DNA from: Octopus vulgaris
Taxonomy: Eukaryota
Assembly (NCBI GenBank): GCA_951406725.2
Contig: OX597817.1
Coordinates: 60,016,001 to 60,080,000, forward strand
Length of the DNA stretch: 64,000 nucleotides
Direction of reading: 5' to 3'
In this document: one piece after another, positions 25,386 to 38,271 of the stretch
How positions within the stretch are numbered: the first letter of the stretch is position 1
How the letters are laid out: each line of letters starts with the position of its first letter
Program-made: the position numbers and the translations under genes
The notes under the pieces: model-generated
Database searches by the model: none
Told to the model about the DNA's origin: nothing
What the model saw: the letters and a program-made list of their open reading frames with translations, nothing else

Positions 25386-25550
25386 GATGGGCTTCTTTCG
25401 GTTTCCGTCTACCAAATCCACTCACAAGGCTTTGATTGGCCTGAGGCTGTAGTAGAAGACACTTGCCCAAGGGCCACGCAGTGGGACTGAACCTAGAACC
25501 ATGTGGTTGGTAAGTAAGCTACTTACCACACAGCCACTCCTACGCCTACG
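24915..25550 (-). mobile_element. SINE family A, full length, with a ~180-bp insertion in its (TA)n tract
   Basis: Tail at 24915-25130 and head at 25385-25550, interrupted at 25161-25340. Confidence 0.82.
25161..25340 (-). mobile_element. Possible Penelope-like element ORF end inserted in (TA)n
   Basis: Minus translation ...LELYGLSIALIQHYLTPLGLND resembles the C-terminal ELY...LTP.GLN motif of PLE GIY-YIG domains. Terminal fold-back ATATGAATTT/AAATTCATAT. Confidence 0.4.
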
Positions 25551-26424
25551 TATAATGTATTTGGTATTTTAAAGTCTATAAAACACATGATTTTTGGTAA
25601 ATCAACAGACAAGATTACACAATCATGTGGAGAAATTCCTCTTGCCAATGTTTTAGGTAACCAAAATCCATTTACAAGGCTTTAGCAGGCTCCTAGTTTA
25701 GCGTCAATGTGACCCCCACCACCACCACCACTAACTGTATCTCTGCTAACCTATATATTTCCGTTTGCACACAACACTTCAATGAAATGGAGCACTGCTT
25801 GGGAGACACCTTCTGTGAGATCTTGTTGGATATTTGTAATAATACTCAGGTACTTCTCAAACCCGTAGCACAACACTATCTCACCCAGTTACTCTTCTGG
25901 TCACCACTCTTTGTTGTTATCTAACACTTTGGCTTTAATATAACCCCCAAATACAAAAAGCAACATGTCATCTTCAACCTGAGTACTTTTACTCTATAGG
26001 GCCTTAAATCATAGCCCAATTTCCTGATTCTACTTTCCATCCTTGAAAATCGTTTCTGTAATAGTTTGCTTGCAGTGTGCATGTGTGTGTAACTATTTAT
26101 ATAAGTATGTATAAATGTATGTCTACACACAACTTGGTCTTATATTTTCTGTGCAGTGTCTGTATATATGCTACACCTTTGTCTATACACACTATGTGTG
26201 TCATGTTTATAGTCAGCAAACCTATTTACAGTTATTATTATTATTACAACTTGCCCCTCTCTCTGTGACACAGTGCAACACATGTATTCAGGAATGAGTC
26301 ACATCAGAAGATAAGTCACATTCACAATTTACATACAACATTCTTGACTTGCATGGAAGTCAGAAACTGTGTTTATATATTTCTGAATGAAATTTCCATT
26401 AAAAAATCTCAACAGAAACCTGTT

Positions 26425-26700
26425 TACCCTGCACACATAAGCGAAATCAGGATATTTTAATCACTCATTTAGTCTGTCTGTCTGTGTGTTTGCAAAATTA
26501 CTGGAAAACATCAGAATGGATTTTCACCAAATTTGGCAGAAATACTCATTGGGTGAGCAGTTTGAAATGATGAAAGTTTGGTTTGATTGTCTTAAGAGAG
26601 AAAAAAAAATTGAACTTACAAATTTCTCAATAAGCAAGTCATCATATTATTTTGTTTACTTTCTTTTTCATATGAATTGACCCTCGTCTGCGTGTGTATA
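26425..26700 (+). mobile_element. Possible non-autonomous Helentron/HINE-like element fragment
   Basis: (GTCT)n tract followed by ATGGATTTTCACCAAATTTGG, a layout typical of DINE/HINE-like elements. Confidence 0.35.
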
Positions 26701-27844
26701 GACCATGGTGTATCTATGCACATAGACACATGTGTACACACTAATGGATTTGAGGCTTTTCTTTATTTATGAGGTGATTTTTTAAATTTCACCAGAGTAT
26801 AAATACCTATAATGGTGATACTTGAAAACAAATTAATTCCGTTCAATTAAAAAGTATGGTTAAGCAACGCATTGTGAGCCACACTAGAATTTGTGAAAAA
26901 ATTTATCTGCGTACAGGGTATGTATTGCCCTTCCAATGCCCCTTTTTGTTTTCATTTCTTGTGTAACTACAACAATTAAACCCATGTTGATGAACTTTCA
27001 CTCTATATTTAATAATTGATATGGCTGTGTGTTTAAGAGGCATGGTTCTAGGTTCAATCCCATTGCATGGCACCTTGGGCATTTTCTACTATAACCCCAG
27101 GGTCAACCAATGCCTTGTGAGTGGATTTGATAGGGAGCAACTGAAAGAAGGTTGTTGTATATATGGGTGTATATGTTTGTGTCTCCCTGTCTTGACACCA
27201 CAAGACAGCTGTAAATGATTTTCACTGTCATACAAGCAGTATGATTTATTTCCACTATTCTGCAAAACTGTGTCTGGCCATGGGGAAATATTACATTGCT
27301 CAGAGACAGGCGAGGGTTGGTGACAGGAAGGACATCCAACCATAGAAAATCTGCTTCAACAAACTCTATCTGACCCATGCAAAACATGGCAAAATGGATG
27401 TTAAAATGATAATGATGTTTACATGCATTTAGGTTAAAATGATGTTTTTTATGTATTTGATAACATGCCACACATTTTAATTAAATTTCATGCATTAATG
27501 AAATAAACAAGGCTTTCTGTCTCCCATAGCACGTACATACTATTCCCTCCGCATTTTAATTGAAACAAACACACTTTCAAGTGTAAAAATTTGTTTGGAA
27601 GCTTATCAACAAGCAAATTGCATATCGGCAATTATATCAACAACATAGAAACCAAACACTGTTGTGGTCTGCTCTACATCTGTATGGAGTGATCTTAGTA
27701 GTCAAAGGAGTAAGACGACAATGGCAACAACAACACATGGTGACAATATTTTAATGGTTTCATATCTTATCAATAAAAGGATTAAAAAAACTTAACTCAC
27801 AGCATATTATCAGATTCAGAAATTATCATTATATTTTGATTAAT

Positions 27845-28220
27845 CTTTTATTTGTTTCAGTCACTTGACTGCAGCCATGCTGGAGCACCACCTTTACTCG
27901 AACAAATTGACCCCCAGGACTTATTCTTTGTAAGCCAAGTACTTAGTACGTCGGCCACTTTTGCTGAACCGCCAAGTTATGGGGACATAAACACACCAGC
28001 ATCGGTTGTCAAACAATGGTGGGGGAACAAACACAGACACACAAACACACACACATGACAGGCTTCTTTCAGTTTCCGTCTACCAAATCCACTCACAAGG
28101 CTTTGTTCAGTCTGAGGCTATAGCAGAAGACACTTGCCCAAGGTGCCACGCAGTGGGAATGAACCCGGGACCATGTGGTTGGTAAGCAAGCTACTTACCA
28201 TACAACCACGCCTGTGCCTA
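27845..28220 (-). mobile_element. SINE family A, full length
   Basis: Reverse complement of the 6198-6620 copy. Confidence 0.82.
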
Positions 28221-29714
28221 TTATTATTATTATTATTATTATTTAGTAAATTAACTGCTTACTTTTCAGATTAATCTGTCAAGTATAGTGCTTATTTATT
28301 CACATTGTTTCGATTATCTTGCAGCTATGAGACTTCAATGATATGATTGTTTATTTTTGGAATAACATTGTAGGGTAGGTGTGAAAGGCTGGATCTGGCC
28401 GGTTTGAACATAAAATGGGGAGAGTATTTTGGCTGGATATGACTGGCTTAGATGCTAAAGGGTTAATGATCACAAACTAGTCTGCTATTACTGAATATTA
28501 TATGAAATTAAGCAACAAAAAAGATTTTATAGACTGCTAGTTATTGAGGGCAAATGTTATGAGATAAATAAATCCTGAAATGTAATATGTAAGTCACTGC
28601 TACCATCATCACAGTTGCCGTCGCCGCCACCACCACCACCACCATCATCATCATGATCATGGGTGTTGTGTTTTATGTCTACTTCCCATACTATCAAGCA
28701 AGTATTAGAGATAGGCCATCATAGTTTGAGTAGGTTATTATTTGGAAACGGAGGCAAAATGGCTGAGTTCTGTTTCAGTGTTGGGCCTCACGGAAGCAAT
28801 GAGCAAGGCCTTTGGCATAATGTCATGCTTTAGAAGAAGACCCATCAAGCCAAATGAAATCATAGTCATGGCAGATACCGGTGCCATGCAAATGGCACCC
28901 ATTACACTCTGTAAAGTAGTTGGCATTAGGAAGGGCATCCAGCTGTAGAAAACCATGCCAAAAACAGACAAATGGAGCCTGGTACAGCTCCACAGTTTGC
29001 CAGCCCTGGTCAAACTGTCCAACCTATGCCAGCATGGACAACAGACACTAAATGACGATGATGAGTTTCTTTGTAGATGGATTGGAGAAAATGTCTTGCT
29101 TGATGTTTTCGCTTTGACATGATTTCTACAACTGGATGCCCTTCCTGATGCCAACCACTTCACAGAGTGTATTGGGTGCCTTTTGTCATGGCACCAGCAC
29201 AACCAAAGAGGGCCTCACTGTTATTTGCTGTTTCTGTCTGCAGAGATCAATGTGACTGATAGAGTGGATAAAAGAGAAGGTCATTGCAGGAGATGAACTG
29301 AGATGGAAAAAAAACAAAAAGATGTGAGAGGAAAGATGGAAACTGGAGTATGCTCTGTAGAGTGGCTGGTGTTAAAAAGGGTATCCAGTCGTAGAAATGA
29401 TGCTAAAACAGATGACTGAAGCCTGGTGCTGCCCTCTGGCTTGTCAGTTCCTGTCAAACTGTCCAACCCATGCCAGCATGGAAGGCAGACATTAAGTGAT
29501 GATGATGATGTGTGTGTGTGTGTCTTTCTCTCTCTCTGTGTTTGCAGTCCCACATCACATGACAATCAGTGTTGATTGTTTTTTACATCCTTCAAACTTT
29601 GCAGTTCAGTAAAAGAGAATGATAGAAAATGAAACTTAAAAGAATAAAACTATTGCAGTCAATTTCAGGATGGTACTCCAGCATGGTCGCTGTTCAGTGA
29701 CTGAAACAAATACA

Positions 29715-29840
<126 letters not shown>

Positions 29841-31941
29841 ATATAATGTATGTGTACACATAAACAGACAAAGGCCTATATTCACATGGGTGTAAAGAAA
29901 GAGTTATTCAACACACAACCTCCTTATCTATCAACTGAGATATTTATGTCACTCAATACAAATAAAAACACAATTATTTGTAAATAAAAGAATGAGTGTT
30001 ATGAATAAATCAGAGTGGAGATAACAGACAGAAACTGAAAGAAGCCTGTCATGCGTGTGTGCGCATGCGTGTCGATATGGAGAGAGATTGAGAGAGAGTT
30101 CAATGATGGCTCAGCTAACAAACTTCAAAGTTACAGTCAATAGTATTCTTGCTGAAGAACAATAAATTGTACCCTGGCAAATGTATTGAGTGGTCCTTTA
30201 CTTTAATGTAAAATGACTGCAATTGTAATTCAACATAAAAATGAACATGAACATGTGAAAGCACTCATCACACTCTGTGAAGTGGTCAGTGTTAGGAACC
30301 ATGCCAAATCAGACTGGAGTCTGGTGCAGCCTTCCAGCTGGCCAGTCCTGGTCAAACCATCCAACCCATGCCAGCATGGACAACAGATGTTAAATGATGA
30401 TTATGATATATATATAAGGGTGAGGTGTACCCTCATCTAGGCATCACACGAGGGCTATGTAAATGATAGTGTTGGTTCCAGTCTTCTGTGGGAAGCATGT
30501 CTGGTGACAGGGAGAGGTTACCTTGCTTGGAAACAGGTTAGAGTTGGTGATAGGAAGGGCATCTGACCATAATTCCACCTGACACATTCAAGCATAGAAA
30601 AGGGGACATTAAAATGATGTTGGTAAGCCCCATCTCAGATACTGCAAAAAATTAATGAAATCAAATGAGTCGACTGCAATGTTTGCATTTTATTGATGAA
30701 ACAGAAAACAAGGGGCAAAGTTCAGCCCTGTTGAATTCAAAGTGAATACAATGAAAAAAAAACTGGAGGAAATATGTTACGAAAAAGTATTTACTCAAAT
30801 TATTTTTACTATCTCAAACAACAACAACAATAATAATTATTATCGTTATCTTTGATCACTCTCTTAAGTAGAACAAATCCTTTTTTGCTTGTAAAAGAGA
30901 ATAGATATGGTTGACCAACTCAACAACAGTACATGACTGGCATGTGTGTGTGTATATATATACCTGTGTGTGACTCAATGCATATTTGCATGAGTATATG
31001 CATGTATGTGTGTGTGTGTGAACATGTGAATATGTGGTATGTGTGCATGTAGATTGTGGCCATGGACGACTGAGGCTATCACAAGAGTGACTAAAATGTC
31101 AAATGATTGTTACTCTTATCCATCAAGACAGACAGGTCACACCACACATCCCCATCACAATGTTAAAGCCCTCCATCTATTACTGGTACCCATTTTCTAG
31201 AATCAGGTGAAATGAAGTGCTTTTCTCAAAGGCACAATGCATTCTGGGAACCAAAAACATGATTTCCCAATCATGAATCTAACATTTCCCCCATTACATG
31301 ACTGGTATGCCTTTCCCTAATGTCAACAGGAAGAAAGACCAGCACACATGCATTGGCAAGTGATTTCTAATGTCCTCTGTTGAAACGAAAACAGTTAAAA
31401 TAGCTTATATGTGTATCATACTTAATGTAGACACATCATCTAAAGCCAAACATTAACCGCAATAGCTATACGGAAATAATAACCTATATGGATATACTGC
31501 ATTTAAAAACACAAAAATGTGTCAACAGCAGACGGAAACCATTCATTTGTGGTGGTGCAAATGCTAGGTGCGTGTTTTGGCCATGTTGAACTTTGTAACA
31601 TACACCCAATGCTACCTGCCATGCTAAGATAAAATTTGTTGCTACTGATAGAAGAAAACAGAGATTGAAAGATATCCTGGTATTGCAATTAGTTGCTAAG
31701 CTGAATAAAAATATGTTATATCCAACAGAAGCAGTACTAGATTGAAATAGAAATCTGTGTAACATACTTAATGCAGAGATATCATGAAAAGGCAAATCAA
31801 TTGTGGTACTTGTCTGGATATAAATTTATCTTATGGATCACTGCCCTCCATTCTCCCTCATGTGCTCACCTATCTATCTGCATACACAACACCCCTGTTT
31901 CATCTGAGATAACCATTACTCTCTTTTAATGAAAGATACCT

Positions 31942-32190
31942 TTTCTGTCCCTCATTACTACTTCCCCCCAGTTGAGGGTCTTGTCCTACAAGTTACTTGG
32001 TGACCTCACAGCTGTTCGTATCACTTAAAATGCACCCAAAATATGCTATAAAGTGGATGCCCTTCCTAATGCCAACCACTTTATAGTATGTTTTGGGTGC
32101 ATTTTAAGTGATACTAACAGCTGTGAGGTCACCAAGTAACTTGTAGGACAATACCCTCAACTGAGGGGAAGTATTAATGAGGGACAGAAA
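31942..32190. repeat. Long inverted repeat, 115-bp arms and 19-nt spacer, derived from the RTE-tail family
   Basis: 31942-32056 is the near-exact reverse complement of 32076-32190. Confidence 0.9.
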
Positions 32191-32300
32191 CAAGGGACTA
32201 AACTGAGAGACAACTGTCTGTAAATATATCTGTATGCTACTGTTTAGGTATGTGTGCATGTATGTGTGTATGTGTGTGTATATATATATATATATATATA

Positions 32301-32670
32301 GGTGTAGGCGTGGCTGTGTGGTAAGAAGCTTGCTTCCCAACTACATAGTTTTAGGTTCAGTTCCACAGTGTGGCACCTTGGGCAAGTGTCTTCTCTAGCC
32401 TCGGGCTGACCAAAGCCTTGTGAGTGGATTTGGTAGATAGAAAATGTATATATTTGTGCGTGTTTGTCCCTATCGCGACTGCTTGACAACCAATGCTGGT
32501 GTGTTTATGTCCCCATAACTTAGCGGTTCAGCAAAAGAGGCTGATAGAATAAGTACTAGGCTTACAAAGAATAAATCATGGGGTCAATTTCTTTGACTAA
32601 CACCTTTTAAGGCGGTGCTCCAGCATGGCCACAGTCAAATGACAGAAACAAGTAAAAGAATAACAGAATA
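32301..32670 (+). mobile_element. SINE family A
   Basis: Head, core and tail motifs present. Confidence 0.8.
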
Positions 32671-32831
32671 TACATACATATATATATATAAAATTATAAA
32701 TTAGGGTATCTATGAGATACCACCATGCTGAAAATAGCAGCCATGATCCGACTCTAAAACCACCTTAATTGTCCATATATCAACACGGAGAGAAAACAAA
32801 GAGACAAGATGAAACTAGTAAAAAATTACTG

Positions 32832-32887
32832 GATAATTCTAGATCCCGGATTTCTGACTTTGCATTTAGGAATGCTTTGCCTCATCA

Positions 32888-32892
<5 letters not shown>
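32832..32892 (-). ncRNA. Type I hammerhead ribozyme motif, second family, 5' arm truncated by (TA)n
   Basis: Minus strand: CTGATGA-GGC-AAA-GCATT-CCTA-AATGC-AAA-GTCA-GAAA-TCCGGG-ATC-TAGAAT. Core intact, structured stem II, near-palindromic stem III. Confidence 0.55.
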
Positions 32893-32926
<34 letters not shown>

Positions 32927-32930
32927 TATA

Positions 32931-33273
32931 CTTTATTTAAAGCAGCAGAAAATTCAACAAAACCTGTTACTCTGAGTTTCCCGTTATTTCTGAGAAAAAT
33001 CCAGCGGGTAAAGTTCCATCTTTTTCAGCTGTTTGTTCTTCCTGTTTGTAACCCGCTCCTTATAAAAGTTTGAGCGACTCTGCACAAGTAGGAAGAACAA
33101 ACAGCTGAAAAAGATGGAACTTTACCCGCTGGATTTTTCTCAGAAACAATGGGAAACTCAGAGTAACAGGTTTTGTTGAATTTTCTGCTGCTTTAAATAA
33201 AGCATATTACTCTACCACTGGTATTTGAGTACTCTTTTTTCCACCTTGTTTCACATTTATGTGTTTACTCCGG

Positions 33274-33275
<2 letters not shown>
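32931..33275. mobile_element. Penelope-like inverted pseudo-LTR remnant forming a palindrome with 113-bp arms
   Basis: Arms at 32931-33043 and 33090-33202. Same family as 42104-42340. Carries the 3' half of a hammerhead (GAAACTCAGAGTAACAG). Flanked by (TA)n. Confidence 0.7.
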
Positions 33276-33312
<37 letters not shown>

Positions 33313-34286
33313 GTACAAATATATGTACATACAGATATAATACATACTATATATGCATACATATATACACATACGCAAACAGACACACACACACACAGAT
33401 TGGTCAGTTGTCAGGATGTGGTACTATGAGTGATATAAAGACAAATGTCAGAAGAGATAATTAGCCAGGAACCAACTGAACAATGACAGCAAGAAAGGTG
33501 GTGGTGGTGGTGGTGGTGGTGGTGGCAGTGGCGGTGGTTTATGGCCATAAACCAGAGGAAGAAAACATGATGTGGGCAGGGGGGTGGGGGCAACACGGAT
33601 ATTAAATGGCTAAATATAACTGCTAATTTGATCCTTATACTCATCCCTAATTAATTTCTAGTGTCCCCTTTTCTATCCAATCTGGTTGTCCCGTTTCCAT
33701 TGGAGGCGGGCACTGGAAATCTATTTCGGTATTTGGGCAATAATAACCATTTCTGATCCAGAAACAAGGCACAGGAGTGGGGGTATGTGTTTTGTACAGA
33801 AGCAGAAAGTGTGTGTGTGTGGGGGGGGGAAGGGGGTTTAGAGTTATTTGAATTCACCCAGGATTTATTGGTTTGGTGTCTGTTGCTTCTTGGGAGAACT
33901 AAGGATGCCAAAGTTGACCTCGGCAGCATTTGAATATAATGTAACGGGACTTCACTAAATATCTAAAAAGCAAATGCTAATGATGATGATGATAATGATA
34001 TCGTCTGGTGTTTTAATGCTTCAACCAATCACTGCTGTAACAACAACAACAACAAGTGACAATACTAATGGTTTCAAATTTTGGCACAAGGCCAGCAATT
34101 TTAGGAGGTGGGATAAGTCAATTACATCAACCCTCCCCCAGTGCTCAACTGGTATTTTATTCCGTCGACCCCGAGAAAGTGAAAGGCACAATCGTCTTCA
34201 GTGGAATTTGAACTCAGAATGTAAAGAGCCAAAAAAAATTCTACTTAAGCATTTCATCTGATGCATTAACAATTCTTCAACTGAAG

Positions 34287-34530
34287 GGGTTGTTGCATTG
34301 AAGGAGGTGGCTTTATGTCAAGTGATGAGAGGTTAAAGAAATGGACATTAAAGATTTGTAGGTACACAGTACTTCGTTACAAATCGTTAATGCTTACATA
34401 CCAGCCCCAGAAATGTGACTAATATGTAAATTGATAGATTCAGTAACACTGCTGTATGCGGTGGCTATGTAAGCAATGTGTTCGGTAGCAATAATGGGTT
34501 AAAGGAGTGCTGAAGAAGGGGCAACAACCC
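34287..34530. mobile_element. Possible PIF/Harbinger-like MITE
   Basis: Inverted termini GGGTTGTTGC and GCAACAACCC, with TTA on the right flank. The left target-site copy is imperfect. Confidence 0.35.
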
Positions 34531-36706
34531 TTAAAATATGGCATATACCCACTCATTACCCCCTTTTGTTTTCAATCACATTGTCTGTTTACATCTGATG
34601 TCTTGCTATGAGACATTGTAGCAAAAAATCAGTGCTGACCGTAAGTTCTATAGAATATCTGTAGAAATTAATCTCAGTCTTCTGATTTTGATCGTTACCG
34701 CATCGCCTTACTAACACTTGTGCTGGTGGCATGTGAAACATTTGAGCGAGGTCGTCGCCAGTGCCACTGGACTGGCTCCTGTGCAGGTGGCACATAAAAA
34801 GCACCATTTGGGCGTGGCTGTTGCCAGTACCACCAAACTGGCACGTAAAAAGCACCCACTACACTCTCGGAGTGGTTGGCGTTAGGAAGGGCATCCAGCT
34901 GTAGAAACACTGCCAGATCAAGATTGGGGCCTGGTGCAGCCATCTGGTTCACCAGACCTCAGTCAAATCGTCCAACTACATGCTAGCATGGAAAGCAGAC
35001 GTTAAATGATGATGATGATGATGATAATGTTAACGAAATGATAGGAGAGGAATAAATGCCTTGCTGTAGAAGAAATATATAGTTACTCCAGTTGGAAGAG
35101 AAAGAGAATTGTGATGAAGACGTGTCAGGGTGTAACCCCAAATTACAGGAAGGTGAATATAAGTGGTATGGATAGGTAAGTTCACAGGGATGTGAGAGGT
35201 GAATGGCAGATGTAATGAGAGTCTCAGACACACAGAGTGTAAGAATAATGAGATATGTGAGTCAGTGAGAAAATGAAGCAGAGTGAGAAAATTGGAAGGG
35301 AGAAAAGGAAACAACTTTGCACATATTACAATAGATCACAAGTCAAATGCTACACAAAGATATTCCCAATCAAAGAGAAACTCGTTGACTTTGAATTTGG
35401 AGAAAAAAGACAAAGATTATACAAGTGAATAATTCTCAGTGAGAACTGAACATTGGTTTGTTGAGATATTCTCTTTACATTGAGCACTGAAGTTCATATG
35501 GAAGGAAGAAGTGTTGTAAAATGACAAGACACAAGAAAAAAAGTAGGAGCAAGGATTTAAGGTAAAGAATAACTGCAAGAATAAAAAAAGACAAGACAAC
35601 AAAGAAAAGGGAGCAATGCTTGAAGGAGAAACCAAAATAATATTAGTGAAAGGAGACAAATAAATATTTGTATTTTAAGGGAGCACGACTGTAGCATTTA
35701 AGGCAGACTGTATCCCTAATGTATAGTAAAAACTGATTAAAAGTGTTGGCACCAGGAAAAGAATCCATCTGTTAAAAAATTGTCTCAGAAAACCTGCAAA
35801 ATCTGTCAGATGGAAAAGGCAATGTAAAAATGATAATATATATTGATGTGGGTATAATATATATATATATATATCATATTTTTTTACAAGAAGAAGGTTG
35901 GCAGTGACTTCAAAGTTTTGGTCAACTAGCAGTCCAATGAAGGTGGATAAAGGGTAGAAAGTTAAAAATTCAAATTCACTGTCAACAATCAACATTAAAA
36001 ACACATGTACTCTCCAAAAACTATTGAGTAATTTTTCAGTTTAATGTTAAACCATTTTTTATTATTACCTGACATAAAGATGGTGATCGGGCAACATTAT
36101 TGACACAACAGACAAAATGCTACATGGTGTCATGTGGTGCTTGTAAATGAGCACCATTGTCCTTTAAGTGGTGTTGTTTGTTTCCAGTCTTCCATGGTAA
36201 AAATACATGTCCAGTATTGGGAAAATATAACATTGCTTGGAAACAAGTGAGGGTTAGTGACAGGAAAGGCATCCAGACATAGAAAAATCTACTTCAACAA
36301 TTTCTGTCTGAACCATACAAGCATGGAAAAGTGTATGTTGAAACAATGATGACAATGATGATGATGATGACATAAATACAGGCATAGCCACATCTACAAA
36401 TGAAAATAGCATAAATTTTCTTGTAACAAAGAAATGGTGGTGGAACTGAATCCAACAACCATCATTAAGAGCCATTCTTATATTAACGCCATACAAGGCC
36501 CACCATCTTTATAAAACTTAACTGACCTAACACTGGCATCACTAACAACAACAACAACAGTTACAGGAACAAGTTTCCAACATCTTTTATCACTTTATTT
36601 ACACTAACATCACCACAAAAAAAAAGCAAACTCTGCCATCGAGATCAGTGCCAATTTAGAAACCTCTACATCATCATCATCAACATTGTCCTAACGAAAC
36701 AAATAC

Positions 36707-36754
36707 AGCACCAGGAGAGAAGACAAAAGGACAAAGGTCTTCTCTCCTGGTGCT
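36707..36754. repeat. Perfect 18-bp inverted repeat with a 12-nt loop
   Basis: AGCACCAGGAGAGAAGAC-AAAAGGACAAAG-GTCTTCTCTCCTGGTGCT. Confidence 0.85.
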
Positions 36755-36915
36755 ATATGAACATTTAATGTGGTTTTAGAGTCAGGTTTTGGCTGCTATT
36801 TCCAGCGTGGTGGTATCTTTTGGATACCCTAAATTATAATTTTAATAATAATTTATACATACACATATATATATATATATATATATGTATATGTATATAT
36901 GTATATGTATATGTG

Positions 36916-36946
<31 letters not shown>

Positions 36947-38257
36947 ATGTACACATGTACACACATACACCAGCCACAAGTATAGTTTTCTTAATCTCTG
37001 AAGATCTTTAAATTGTAAGTACTAAGAATAAATTTGATATTGTGAGAGAGAGAGTAAGAGAGAGAGAAATATTATGAGAGTATTTCCATAAGAAAAAGAA
37101 AGAAAAAAGAAAAGGAAGTCAGTTGAAGCACCACTGATTGTAAATAAGAAATGGTAACTTGAGATTTTAATTGGTACGTTTTGTCGTTGAAACTTTTAGT
37201 GTAAGACTGGTAACACATGGACTCCAGACAGTGGAAAGTTGGCCAATCTCAACCAACATGGAAGGAATCGATTCCAAAGCTATCAAGTTCTGCTGCACTT
37301 GCCTAAGTATAAGAGACACAAACATATTATTATTAATAATAATAATAGTGGTATTAGACGGTTCTGGATTTTGCAAGTATTTCTTCCAAGAAGGCAAACT
37401 ATGTGTACACAGACATTACACACACACACAGAGTTATTAACTATTTTATATGCTGATTAAAACTTTTGCCTATGTAGGTCTTAAAACCAGATATGGTATT
37501 ACCATTTGTACAGAATTTTTTTACAGCTACACCACTATGGCAATGTCGCTGTTACCAGGCTTCAGTTCAATGTTCAACAGTCAATTATCATGTCAGAAAA
37601 TTCAGTTCTGTAACTTCCCACCCATCCATCAGCAGCATTAAACACATTAGGTTTGGCAGGCAACTGATTTTATCCTCATCTTAGCAGCCTGGGTTAACAG
37701 TTAAGTAGGAAAAGGAGGATTTATTACTTTGACACAGCACAGAGCTAACTCAACAGCCACTACCAGCAACATTTTAGTTCATCCACATCTCAAGGAGACG
37801 ATTGGGTGCAGCTGTTTTGGCTGTCAACACTTTGGCATGGCTCACTGGATATTCAGCCTGGTTTGGGGATACGATGTTTTAATGCTGGTGGCAAACATGT
37901 GCACATGCCACACACACACACACACACACACTTGCACTGAAACACAACATGCATCATCATCATTTAACATCTGTTTTCCATGCTGGCATGGGTTGGATGG
38001 TTTGACAGGAGCTGGCAAGCTGGAGAACTGTACCAGAGACCAATTGTCCGTTTTGGCATGGTGGCTATGGCTGGATGCTCTTCCTAATACCAACCACTCT
38101 ACAGAGCGTACTGGGTGCTCTTTATTGTGGCACCAGCACCTGTGCTGTTTATGTAGTGCCAGCATGGGTGCTTTTTATGTGACACCAGCCTGAGTGTATG
38201 CAGAAATAGAAAGAGAGAGAGAGAGTGTGTGAGAGAATGTTGTGATGTTGGTCACTT

Positions 38258-38271
38258 GTTGCCATGGAAAC
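38258..38271. promoter_or_regulatory. RFX X-box motif
   Basis: GTTGCCATGGAAAC, in apparently non-repetitive sequence. Confidence 0.4.

Noticed and set aside
37167-37440. Overlapping 76-89 aa ORFs in unique sequence
   Set aside because: No recognisable homology and only a weak donor. Kept only as a possible non-coding exon candidate.
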